A DNA stretch of 63,952 nucleotides, filler included, from Stramenopiles sp. TOSAG23-2 (taxonomy: Eukaryota): the NCBI GenBank assembly GCA_900128395.1. It is 23 parts of 23 records of this genome, joined end to end, with 100 filler letters (N's around TTAATTAATTAA, not from the genome) between each part and the next. Parts side by side here need not be neighbours in the genome. Positions count along the whole stretch, not along the records: positions 47,198 to 50,030 come from LT651505.1; positions 50,131 to 52,963 come from LT651506.1; positions 53,064 to 55,895 come from LT651507.1; positions 55,996 to 58,824 come from LT651508.1; positions 58,925 to 61,752 come from LT651509.1; 18 more parts are not named here. One strand, given 5' to 3'. Shown piece after piece: positions 47,534 to 59,723 of the stretch. The position numbers and the translations under genes are program-made. The notes beneath the pieces were generated by a model. That model searched no databases. It was not told the DNA's origin and saw only the letters and a program-made list of their open reading frames with translations. How positions within the stretch are numbered: position 1 is the stretch's first letter; every line of letters begins with the position of its first letter.

Positions 47534-49528
47534 TTACATTGACGTTTGTCTTCTTTGATTAGTGAACAAACCATCACCTTCTAGGTAACCTTCGAATGGA
47601 TTTGCATTTTCCTCTTCATCTTCATTAACTTCTCCACCATCGTTATTTTCCTCCTCCTCTACAATATCCCCTACTAACTCCACTGTACGATATTCGCAAG
47701 TACATAAAAATTTCATAATATGAATGACTAATTCAGATGGTAATGCAAAAGCCTCTATCTTTCTTTCTATTGTTATACGATTTAACACATTGATCAGACA
47801 ATAAATGATACTAGTATCAACAGGTATGTATCCGATGATAACTGGCTTTAATAATTCTTCTTTAATATAATCATTCTTTATGTTTTTCGTATAGTCTCTG
47901 CGATCTATGTAAATTTTCTTTAAATTGCTGTTGCGGTATTTTGTTAATGGATTTATTTTTATCGCATCATATAGAGCCTCGAAATCATTTTCATGTAAAT
48001 TCGTATTGTCTAAATGCAATTCTTCTAATTGCAATAACGTACGTTTATCCCAATCATGATATGGAATCAATCTTCTCCTCCTAATGTCATTACCTTTATC
48101 TGATTTTTGTATTTCATCTTTGAAATTGTTTTTTAAACCAGTGTTTGCATTTACATCATTCATTGGTTTTAATAAATTACACAATTTTCTAAACGACAGA
48201 CTATCCTGAAAATCAATACCTTGTAATGTTAATATTTTGGTATAAGTACAGGATTCATTAATTAACGATAAAGCGTCAATAAGATGATGTAATCCCGTTT
48301 TAACAGGCTGTACCATTCCATTTCCTTGCACTTCCACTTGCATGAAATTATGTATATGATCCGTAGTTGCAAAGCGTTGATTGTTTAAATAATATGCATT
48401 ATCCCCATGATATTCATTACCCCCACCAATGTTTAAATTCAAGTTGTTAATACGTCCATTTCCACCACCAAGCGTCAATTTACGTATGCCATTTCTTGTC
48501 GTAAACATCGCTGTTGATAATGCTTTTAAGGCATCATCATTTGCAAAAAAGATATTCCCAGTTAAATTTAAAGCATTAATAGGATATTTAGACGTTTGTC
48601 TTTGTACAATAGCTGCTGATAATCCCAATGCACCGTTATGATCTATGCTGCATTGGGATAAATCGATTGATTCAATTGAATCGTTTTCTGCAATTGCATT
48701 TGCAATAAGCAGCGCTCCACGTTCATTTAAATTATTTTGACGGAAGGAGATATTTTGTATATTTGATTTTTTCAAAGATTTACAAACATTTTCAAATACG
48801 ACGCGGTGATCAAATTGATTTATACTGATTCTATTGTTTGAAAAATCAAGATTCCGTAATGTTTTGTTTTCATTTAAACATATGGCTAGATTTTTTATAC
48901 CAAAGGACCATCCAAACTGACATGATTGACAAGTTCCTATGTTTAACGTAGTCAAACAAGTATTTGATGCAATGTGTGACATAAAAGCTGCTGTACCAGT
49001 AGGCCCGATACCTTGATTACCTTCTAAAATTAATGTTTGCAGCGAACATGATTTTCCATTTGCAATCCCATTTTCGGACAAACAATTTGCAATCTTACGA
49101 CTCCCATGAATTAAAAAACGATTGTAACTTAAATCCAATTTTTTTAAATGTGGTGAAATTTTCAATAGTTTGACGACTGCAGAGATTTCTCTATCTCCTA
49201 ATAATGAATCAAAAAATGATATTTCTTGAAAGAACATTTTTTTAGAAGATATATGTCTAATCAATCGTTTCATTTCTATGTTACAGCTTTGGGTATTTTT
49301 ATTTCTAAAGTGTGATAACGTTACATCAAAGTCAAGAGGATGGGAGGATGTTCGCAATATTTTTTCGCTTATAGTGGTGATAGAAGCACTTTTACTTCTT
49401 TCTACTTGTTTTTTTAATAATTGTGGTGATTCTGGAACAACAACATTTCCTGCATCGCCATCATTTTTTTCTTCATCCACACTCTCTTTTACTGCCACTT
49501 TGGACATATTTTCTGTTAATATTTCCAT
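47534..49528 (-). CDS. RNI-like leucine-rich repeat protein
   Basis: LKKLDLSYN, LQTLILEGN, LRNLDFSNN, IESIDLSQC, LEELHLDNT. Confidence 0.88.
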   Translation of the reverse strand: MEILTENMSKVAVKESVDEEKNDGDAGNVVVPESPQLLKKQVERSKSASITTISEKILRTSSHPLDFDVTLSHFRNKNTQSCNIEMKRLIRHISSKKMFFQEISFFDSLLGDREISAVVKLLKISPHLKKLDLSYNRFLIHGSRKIANCLSENGIANGKSCSLQTLILEGNQGIGPTGTAAFMSHIASNTCLTTLNIGTCQSCQFGWSFGIKNLAICLNENKTLRNLDFSNNRISINQFDHRVVFENVCKSLKKSNIQNISFRQNNLNERGALLIANAIAENDSIESIDLSQCSIDHNGALGLSAAIVQRQTSKYPINALNLTGNIFFANDDALKALSTAMFTTRNGIRKLTLGGGNGRINNLNLNIGGGNEYHGDNAYYLNNQRFATTDHIHNFMQVEVQGNGMVQPVKTGLHHLIDALSLINESCTYTKILTLQGIDFQDSLSFRKLCNLLKPMNDVNANTGLKNNFKDEIQKSDKGNDIRRRRLIPYHDWDKRTLLQLEELHLDNTNLHENDFEALYDAIKINPLTKYRNSNLKKIYIDRRDYTKNIKNDYIKEELLKPVIIGYIPVDTSIIYCLINVLNRITIERKIEAFALPSELVIHIMKFLCTCEYRTVELVGDIVEEEENNDGGEVNEDEEENANPFEGYLEGDGLFTNQRRQTSM

Positions 49529-50130
49529 AATGAAAATGTTCTTATACGTTATATCTATTATATATTGTATATATTTATTTATTATTTCTATCATTGTCTT
49601 TCTAATTTTTCTTTTTATGATATAATAATTTTGAAAAAAGACTATGTTTTTTTATCTATTATAGTATTAATTGTAGATACTGTACTACCACCACAGGTAC
49701 AGTAAATAATACAGTAATAATGCTGGAATGAATTTTTTTTTTATAACGTTTTGCCATTTGCCACTTGCCACACAGACAACAGCGGAGACCTATTATACTG
49801 TAATACGAGTAGCTCTAGTCTACTGGTCTAGCTCTAGCGCTCTATAATAGCCTAGAGCTAGTCGTAGTCGTCTAGGTTCTGGAGAGAAAAAACCCTGTGG
49901 CAAAGTGTGAAGAAGACGTGAAAAGACGGGAAGACTTTTTATTTTTTTAGCTGGAAGACGACTAGAAGACACTGGAAGACGGAAGACACCACAGATATTA
50001 GAGTCCCGAGAAAAAAAATGGATTTTAATTNNNNNNNNNNNNNNNNNNNNNNNNNNNNNNNNNNNNNNNNNNNNTTAATTAATTAANNNNNNNNNNNNNN
50101 NNNNNNNNNNNNNNNNNNNNNNNNNNNNNN

Positions 50131-50480
50131 GTTGCGTCAATATGTCACCAACATGCCAGGCTCCAAAGGATAAAAGACTTCAATGTGACGATAATGGAAA
50201 AAGCGTGTATAGTGAAATTGAGTGTCAAAACATAGGATGCTGCTACGATACTGCAACGGCGGCATGTTTTCATATAGAATGTGGTCCTTGTAACTCAAGA
50301 TATCGTGTATCTGAAATTTCTGAAGCTGTTTTAAGGCTTAAAGGTTGTTCCAGATTATATTTTCCAGAACATACTACTCGTAGCTCTTATATTAACAGCA
50401 GAAAGGGCAAAGATGTAGCAAGAAAAAATCTAATTATGTATGTTAAATGTATTCGAGATGGCAAAGTATTGGAGGATTAA
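50131..50480 (+). CDS. Trefoil (P-type)-like domain protein, 5' partial
   Basis: C..RLQC..SEIECQNIGCCYD..CF spacing. Confidence 0.6.
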
Positions 50481-50713
50481 AAACACAAAACTTTATACTA
50501 GGCAAGTACGCTTCGTAAAAAATATAAAAAAGAAAATATTTTTTTGATACTCGTACGAACGTAATATTTAAAAAGTTATTATTAATATTACACTGTGTGT
50601 GCATAGATAGTCTATGCATAGGAAAAAATATTTCTCTTTTTTTTATGCATATAAAAAATAAAAGGAAAACACTCTCTCTCCTCTTCACTGTCCCGATAAA
50701 TTTTCTTTCTCTT

Positions 50714-52595
50714 TCAACCAGATATTCCCATGCTTCCAGCACCCTCCCACATGATACTTCCTGCATTTACTTCACTTCCGACATCATAACTATCTAGGTT
50801 TGCTGTATTAAATTCAGGATTATCATTTCCGACAGTATTAAAACCAGTTGATGCCATAGTTGAAAAATTTGATCGAAAACCTCTTGAAGATGCGAAGTTA
50901 CTCAATTGATCTGTTGCTCTAGAGGTTGATCTTCTTGCTGTCGTCGTAGTCCTACTAGAAGCTTTTCCTCTTCCTCTTCCTCTGCCTCGACTTCTACTTC
51001 TTCCCCTGCCTCTACTTCTGCTTCTGCCTCTCCCGCGTTTTGCAGTTGTGGTTTTCTTTTTTCCTCCACCTTTTTTCCGCCGACTGATCTTTTTTTTCTT
51101 ATTTAAATGCTTATATTTTGGCTGGTAGTTCGATAAACTGCGACTATTTGTAGATGCTTCTTGATCATGAAAACCTTTATAATGAACAATTGTTTCCTTT
51201 TCCCCAGTTGTTTTGGAAGTATTTTGACATATAGTACACGATCCATCCACACATGGTGGTAAACTGTTAACACCGTTTAAAATGTCCTCAACAGTCCGCA
51301 AATACGGAAGGTGTTGAAAATGTCGCGGGTATCTTATTGATGGTAGGTCATTATAATCATCATTAATATCATCATAATCATCATACCCATTTTGCATATT
51401 GTCGTTTTCTTCATTTATTGGATCCCCATACAGATCATCTGAATCTTCACCATCTTGACCATTGTGGAAATAATTATCTTCATCAACATTGTCGTTGTAA
51501 TTGTTATTATTATTATTATCGTTATTTTCATAATTATTACTGACGCTTTCATTAAGATTATTACTTCGATATGATGTATCATCGTCTTCAATTTCTTCAC
51601 AATCTTCATTTGAATCCATTAAATCAACCATCCTTTCTAATTCCGGTAACTGCTCCATATTTTCGCGACTGGCTGTATCATCATTATTATGTTGAGGGCT
51701 ATTATTATTTCCGGGCATCATCTTCCATGCTTGTTTTTCTTTTAATAATTTATCATCTACCATTCTTTGTAAATCAGCTGTTAATTGTGTAGGTTTTTTT
51801 CTACGGCGTGGTCGTGTTACAATATCTTCATCCAATACAATTGCATCAGAATTAGGTTTCCTACTGTGTTCTTTATTTTTTTCGTTTATCATATTAGACT
51901 TTTCCAATTCATTATTTTTTTCACTTTGAACATTTTCTTCGATCAGTTCTCTGTTTTTTTTTGAGTTCTCACTGTTTTCCATGTCACCCATAAAATGATT
52001 TTCGGATTGAAAACCAGTGTGAATGTTATTGTTGAATGGTTCCTTAGTTGCTGCTGCTGTTGTTGTCGTCGTCGTCGTCGTCGTAGTTGTATTTTTTCGA
52101 AGTGTATGTTGTTTAACATTTTCAAGATTATCAATCCTACTGTTGTCACTATTATTTTTATTATTATTACTACTACTACTACTACTATTGTTAATATAAT
52201 GGTGTGAATTGCGAATCTTACCATCAATTGAGTTAACCTGTTGTAAAAGATCCTTTTTCTTTGCTGTTTTATTCTTTTGTTTGTTTTGAATATACGATCT
52301 CTTCGATTTCAACACATTTTTTAATGTACGTGGTGCTTGCCATCCATAACCACTCGAAGGCGTTGTAAAGCGTGGATGGTGCTGGAACGAATTCATCTTT
52401 GGTCTTAACAACAATGGTGGTTCATTTCCAAGATGATAGTCCTCTTCAATATCCTCTTCATCAATTGTTTGCATTTTGCCTTTATTTTTATATATAATTT
52501 CATTTGAAACGTTTAAACTATTAGGATTAGTTATCATTTCTTTAATTTTCTGTTTATTATTAATGTTATTATTCATAATATCGTTATCTTCTTCT

Positions 52596-52626
<31 letters not shown>

Positions 52627-52963
52627 CATCATCTATTATTAAAAATGGTGTTTTTGCTTTCACTTTCTTTTTTTGAACACTTTGCCTATTAGATTTAAAA
52701 GTTGTTTCAAAATCATCTTCGCTATCAATTTCATCATCGTCCTCTTCAGAATGTCGAACCTTCTTTATTAGGTTTCGGCTTTTTTTCTTTTTCTTTTTGT
52801 TACTTGAACTGCTGTTGCTATAATTACTATTGCTACTAGTTGTTCGACGTTTGATATTTCTACCACTTCTTGTTCTTGTTGTAAGTTTCTTTTTGTTTTG
52901 ATTGTCAAAAAAGTTCACATTAGGACTATCACTACTACTGCTGCTTTCAATACTTTTTTTATA
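50714..52963 (-). CDS. Disordered Asp/Asn/Lys-rich protein with RG/RS repeats, 5' partial
   Basis: Frame of more than 730 codons; no domain recognised. Confidence 0.7.
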
Positions 52964-53635
52964 NNNNNNNNNNNNNNNNNNNNNNNNNNNNNNNNNNNNN
53001 NNNNNNNTTAATTAATTAANNNNNNNNNNNNNNNNNNNNNNNNNNNNNNNNNNNNNNNNNNNNTTCTGGACAGCCGAGTGTAGTTGCAAAGTTACAAAAT
53101 GCGAAGGAAACGGATAATGTTGTTAATGGTTAAGATAGATAGAGGGAAAACATATATAAAATATCATACATTTTTAAAATTTCTATTATATGATATATAA
53201 AAAAAATTTAATTTTACGAAGTATTTTATAAGGACACATATATATAATTTAGTTTACGCACGCATATATATATATATATCCTGTTACGGGAGTTATTGAG
53301 ACACATTTTGTGAGAGATACGAAGTAGATATTAAAATATTAGCTCAAACACTGCTGTTCTTTTGAGCGTTAGGATCGTCATGGGTAGAAATAAAAAATCA
53401 AAAAATATGATACGCGTACACGTGTCATTATTTTTTATTATGATATATATAGATTATGCGTAAATTATAAATATAATATAAATTAATACTTCGTATAAAA
53501 TTATTACTTAACACCTTAGATTTTAAACATCATAAAATTTTTATAGATCTACAATAATAGATATCTAGAAAAATAATTTTGTTTTTTATGATATCATACG
53601 ACGTTCTCGTGCTTTTTAAATAAAGAAAGAAAAAA

Positions 53636-55895
53636 CTAAAGTTGATGTTGGCTACGAGAATTTCTAAACTTTCCTCTTTCAACAAGCGCTTGTAATCCTG
53701 AGGCGCCAAAGACAATTGATGGGACAGTTTTGCTTCGATTTAGTACCCCTGCCGTGTGTGGCCGTTTCTGATTATGTGACTTCATATATAATCTCGTCTC
53801 GGGGGTGTCAACTGTTATTGCATTTTGATCAACCCCTCCCAACACACCCTGCGGTGTGAAAAAGGATTCTTTTAAAGCAGTTCTTAATAAAACATTTGGT
53901 TTATATTCATCATTTTCTTCAGGTAAATTTCTTGTATCTTGTTGGCGCCGACCTAATGCTGGTCCAGCAGTGACAGGTCGAAATCCACCACTAGCGTTTC
54001 CCGTTCGTTTCATTGGACTCAAATTATTTCGTTTTCTATTATTAATTTTTTGACTACCACCAAGTCTTGATATCCGTATCTTGCGTTTAGTAGCTGATGC
54101 AGATTTAGCTCGTTTCACTTTATTAATATGCTTTTCTTTCATTAAATCTCCCCAATCATTTTGGTTTTCTTCATCAGCAGACTGTTCCATTCTATCATTA
54201 TTATCTTGATTGGCCGATGGCTGTTGCTTCCAATATTGAGTGTGGTGATTGCTCCTGCTTTCTGCGGTTCCAGTCCGTCGTTGTGGTGTAAAACCTCTTG
54301 CTGATTCCCTACTATATGGGCGTAATTTAGCTGTTTGTGGTCTTAAAAATGTTTTCTTTGCTACTGGTGGTATCCATGCACCACTAGCAGTTTCTTCAAT
54401 ATTGTCTTTCAACTCCTTCACTTCTCCTTTATATGCACGTACAAGCAACGTCAACTCTGTCAGTAACATATCTTTCTCACGTACCAACAGAGCTAATTCA
54501 GCAGCCCCACGTGCCTTGGCATCTAAATCCTTTTCCTTTTGCATTATTTCCTCCTCTCTTTCCTCTACTACTTTTTCCAACACTTCTACTCTCCTCCGTT
54601 CTGCCTCTAAAGCATCACGCATTGCATCCGGTTTCATCTTAATCCTTGCGATAGCTTCCTCAATTTTCTTTCTCATTTGAGCTTTGAATCGTCGTCCAAT
54701 TTCGCCTTCAAGCCTCGATCTCATTGACTTTTCCATCTTTTCATGGAATTCACGTTTTAAAATGCGTCGCATGCTTACTTCTAATTGGGCCCTTATATCT
54801 TTTTCCATGTTTTTCCTCATTAAATCAAATCTTTCTTGCTGCTTTTTTAAATCAAGTTTCTTATCAGCAACGCCTCCAGTCAAATGTACTTCTGTAGTCT
54901 CGTGTATCTCTTCCAGTTCCATTTGCAATTCTCCATGAATACCATCAAGTCTTTTTCCGTGTTTTTTCTCGCGTTTTTTCTTCTCCTCATCCTCGTCGTT
55001 GGATGTGCCGCTAGCCATGGCTTGTTCGAATAAAGCTGCTGAATCTACTTTTGCTGCTTTTTTTGTTTCAGCTTTTGTGCTTTTGCCTTTATCTTTGTGC
55101 AATTTCTTTAAGATGTTTAATGCATTTTTTACTTTATTAAATACACCTGAAGAATGTTCATGCTTCTTCTCTTCATGGTCTAATTGTTTTAACTTTGTAT
55201 CACTTAATTCTTTCTCCAAACCTTGTATATTCATATTCAATTGTACTACTTCACTTCGACATTGGACAACTTCATCCGCTAATGCTTGAAATTCTTTCTC
55301 CATTTTTTTCTTTTTTTTTACCATTATTTCTTTTGATTTTGCTATATCCTCAACGCGCTTATTTGCATGTTTCAGCTGTGCTTGGACGTTTTCAATATCT
55401 TGTTTTAAACTTAAAACTTCTTCTTTGTGTATTCTATCTATTTCCTTTGCTTGCGCAATTCTTTTTTGTAATCCTGCCGTCGCATCAGCATTTTCAGATA
55501 GTGCATTTTCCATTTCTGTACATTTTAATTGTAATTCATCGCGTTCCTTTAATAAACCTTCATATAAAAATTTTGCTTCATACAAATCATCTCTAATAGA
55601 TTTATTTTTATTTGTCAAATCAACAATTTGTATATTTAATTTATCCTCGTTTCTACTTTTTTGTTGTATAATATCATTAGCTGATTTTAATTTTTTCTCT
55701 AATTTTATTAATTCTTGTCCTTCTGTTTCAAAGCGATATTCTAATTTGGCTTTTTCTTTCATTAACTTTTTAACTTCAGTTTTCTGTTCATTTAACATTT
55801 TGGTTAAAGCATCTCCTCTTGTTTGTGCTTTTCGTTTCGAAGATATTAATTCTTGCTTCAAGGTTTCAATTTCAACAGCCATCTCTTCCCGTTTA
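53636..55895 (-). CDS. Long coiled-coil protein, 5' partial
   Basis: Heptad K/E/L-rich sequence; repeated RPxTA motifs in the disordered tail. Confidence 0.8.
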
Positions 55896-55995
55896 NNNNN
55901 NNNNNNNNNNNNNNNNNNNNNNNNNNNNNNNNNNNNNNNTTAATTAATTAANNNNNNNNNNNNNNNNNNNNNNNNNNNNNNNNNNNNNNNNNNNN

Positions 55996-56942
55996 GACAT
56001 AAACCTCTTCTTCTTCGACCACCTCTATTATTTCTTCTTTCTCTTCCTCCACCTGCATCCAATTTCACCATTCCCGTTCTAATCGTATCATGTACAAATG
56101 CAGCTGCTGCATCTACATGCACTTCTTTTTGCCTTGTATTCTCACCATTTGGTGTTGTCGTCGTCGTCGTCGTGGTAGTAGTTGTATTTGTAGAAATGGT
56201 TTGAAATGTTAAATCTTCTTGCTTTTTCACTAATTCAATATCTGTTGTTGTATCTCCTATATCAATTGTTATCTTTGGTGCCTCTTCTTTATAGTCATCT
56301 GGTAATTCAATTTCCTCCTTCCTCCTCGTTCTTTTCTTTTTTGTTGGTGGTGATTTACCCAATCGTTCGACACCAACTGGTAGAGGCAAGACAGCTTCCA
56401 AGCCTTCGTTTGTTTTACGTTCATATAAGATACGTTCATTTTTCCACCACTCTATTGGTTGCCTTCTAACGCGTTTCGAACGTCTTTGACCTTGTTCTCG
56501 AATAGGTGATGGCATGGCTGCCGCAGCAGATCGCATTCTTTTAAGGGTCGTATCATGTCTTCCCCCTCTTCCACCAGCTGTATCACCAGGGCTATATGTG
56601 GCATTCAAATTATTGTTGTTGCTATTTGCTGAAGGGCTTTTTACAAGTCCTTCTTCTTCATCATCATCATCATCATCAACCATCATAGAATTGTTTGTTA
56701 TATCGTTTTCATCATCATCGTATTGATCAGATTGTTCAGATGGTGATGTTGATTTATTGCTATTAGGCGAACTTTGTGACTCTTCTGATTGTGGTGTCAT
56801 GGCAGATGCATCTAGGGAATCATCATTGTTGTTGCTTGTTGGGGATACTATGGAAGGACTGGTGCTACTATTACGTGGATTTTGAATAGGACTTTGATCT
56901 TGAAATCGTGGCGAACTATTGTTGTTGTTGTTGCTGCTGCTG

Positions 56943-56975
<33 letters not shown>

Positions 56976-57772
56976 TTTTGCAACTGTGGTTGTGTAAAAT
57001 CATCATCATCATTGTCAAATTGATGGTCGTCGTTTCTGCTACTGTTGCTAATACTATTATTATCACTATTTTCAAATAAACCACGTCGTCTAGTTACACC
57101 ATCGTCGTTTTTATCATCTTTATTGAATACACTACTACGTCTTGATGTTGGTGATATGCCATCAACTATATTATTGTTGGCAGATAAAGATAAATCTCTT
57201 TCAGTATCCGTATATCCACCTGGTGTACTTTCAACATCAGTTGATAATCTACCACCATTTCCTGTTGTATTCGGTGATTTGAAAAATTGACTAGGATCTT
57301 CAAAACCTTCGCCATCTATCCCAACATTTGATGGCTTTTTACGTCCAGACCTACGTCCACGTTCCATAGGGTCAATACGATTTAAAAGTGCAACTTTATT
57401 ATTATTTTCTGTTTCAACTTCATCCTCTTCGTCGTCTTCATCGTCGTCGTCTTTTCGTTGTCCCATTTGTTTCAAATAATTGCTAGATGGTAACCTTTGT
57501 CCACCGGAGCGTTTGTTTGATCTTCGTTGGCGTCGAGTGGTTGACAATTTCAATATTGGTGTTTTTGCTGGTGCTTTTCCAACGATTGTATTGTTGTTAT
57601 TTATTATATTTTTTGCGGCTGTTGTATTAATAGTAGTTACTCCGTTAATATTACTATTATTTTCTTTTGGTTGCAATACATTATTATTGCTTGTTTCGTT
57701 CATCTCAGCCACTACATTTGTAGTGGTACTAGTTGTATTATTAGTATTATTACTGGTTGATGTACGTGGCAT
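55996..57772 (-). CDS. CENPC: Centromere protein C (CENP-C/Mif2), 3' partial
   Basis: CENP-C motif RRSKRVRRQPIEWWKNERILY; Mif2-N-like GRRSGRK..DGEGFEDPSQFF; start of a cupin-like region at the contig edge. Confidence 0.88.
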
Positions 57773-58761
57773 ATTTCTTTTCCCTGTTTCTTTAATACCG
57801 TTATGTTTGTTTCGTATTTTGTATTTATATGTATATGTACTTAAATATATTTCAAACACCAAAAAAAGCTCTAGAATTAAATGTTTTTTTTGTAAGTAAT
57901 TTCGTTCAAACTTTTATTATATATATATATATATATATTTGAACAATTTCTTTTCTTTTATATACAGAATGATGTAAATAAAAGGTGTAAAGGTTGATTA
58001 TATTTAAAATGAATAAGAACTATACGTTGTCGTTTTTGTTACTTGATTCAATGTGTCTATCTAATCTACCTATTTGTATTTCTTTGTACTTCACAAAATA
58101 AAATAATAAATCAAAATATCGTTATAATATTTAGGTGCTATTTTAATTTTTCAGCCTCTTTCCCACCAAAAAAAGGAAGGAAGAAACCAGGAAATACAAT
58201 AGAGTTTTATGTTGTGCACTTGTTGGTGGATCACATGATGGCATGAAACTGTATATAATACCAAATAGTACGATTTACAATAGGAGGATAGGGTACGGAT
58301 CTTGGTGACGTAACCCTAATTCTAACATACTGTAGTATGAGAGATATGGCAGCAGCAGTCCAGCAGTATTAATACTGTACAGTACAGTATTCTACAGTAA
58401 TTATCAACTCCGCGCTCTCCCAGCTCTCTCTCGTTGTGTGTGCCTAGTTTTGGCCTCAATCCTCATTATAGCACCTTACCTGGCTTACCAGCTTAGATCG
58501 TACACTAGATCTCAATATAATACTATTTCCATACTAATTATTATTATTATCCGCCTCAGAATAATCCATGGATATATATATATCCTCCATAGATCATAGA
58601 TATTGACAAATAGATATACAGGATCAAGAAGAACAAACAACAAAACCATTCAATACAAGCAATAAAAGGAAAAAACAGTGGGCGAAAAAAAAACAGATAG
58701 ATTTAGTGAAGAAAGACTACACACATACACACATACGTTATAATAATATTATTTTTTATTA

Positions 58762-58799
<38 letters not shown>

Positions 58800-59384
58800 C
58801 TTTATTCATCAATATGCCAAAACGNNNNNNNNNNNNNNNNNNNNNNNNNNNNNNNNNNNNNNNNNNNNTTAATTAATTAANNNNNNNNNNNNNNNNNNNN
58901 NNNNNNNNNNNNNNNNNNNNNNNNTGTTGAAAATGTTGACTTTGCCAATAATGTTGCTTTTCGTTTCTTTCTTCTTTTTCTCTTCTTTTTCTCTTTCTTT
59001 CCTTCATTTGGTGAAGGTGTAGGAATATGAATCATTTCAATGATGGATCTGACACGGTTTATTGATATATGCGTCCTTTGTCAAATTAATTTTATCTACA
59101 TGTGTTTAACTTTTAATCTGTATTTGTCTATTTCTATTTTATTTCTTTAGTCATCTTATAATTGTAATGCATTATTTATTAGTTCTTATTATAGTAGGTC
59201 CTCTAGACTTTATTTTCACGTCGTTTACGTTATTAGACGACTATTAATATGCATTATTATAGTCTAGGAGCTAATAGCCTAGGAGCTATCCAGGCTATCA
59301 TCTATATACAGTACTGTAGCTCTACCATCGTGATATCTAGATAGAATAGAGCGGATCGCACGGCAACCACGATCCTCTTTCTCG

Positions 59385-59500
59385 GGCAAGCCAGCAAGGC
59401 ACCAAGCCAGCCAGGCCAGCAAGCCAGCCCAGCCAGCCCAGCCAGCAAGCCAGCAAGCGGGCAAAAAGGTGGTGCCAAGGACCAAACAAACCAGCAAAAG
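59385..59500 (+). repeat. CCAGC/CCAGCAAG degenerate micro-repeat
   Basis: About 10 CCAGC units upstream of ORF 59724. Confidence 0.85.
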
Positions 59501-59723
59501 GCAACAAACAACAACCCATAATAATAATAAAAAAGATATTATTATTATATTATTCTAAATAATCATATTCATTATATGTACTTCTGTTGTATTAATAAAA
59601 TGTATAAAAAATATATTCTAAATACGTTAATAATAATGCACGATAATTGTAGAAAAGTGCAAAACACAAAACGGAACGAAGAGATAGATAACAAAACGTG
59701 AAAAAGACCTTTGCGCAATTACA

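Noticed and set aside
59279..59519. Trp/Leu/Ala-rich ORFs (also 2917-3335)
   Set aside because: Translations of the CCAGC micro-repeats.
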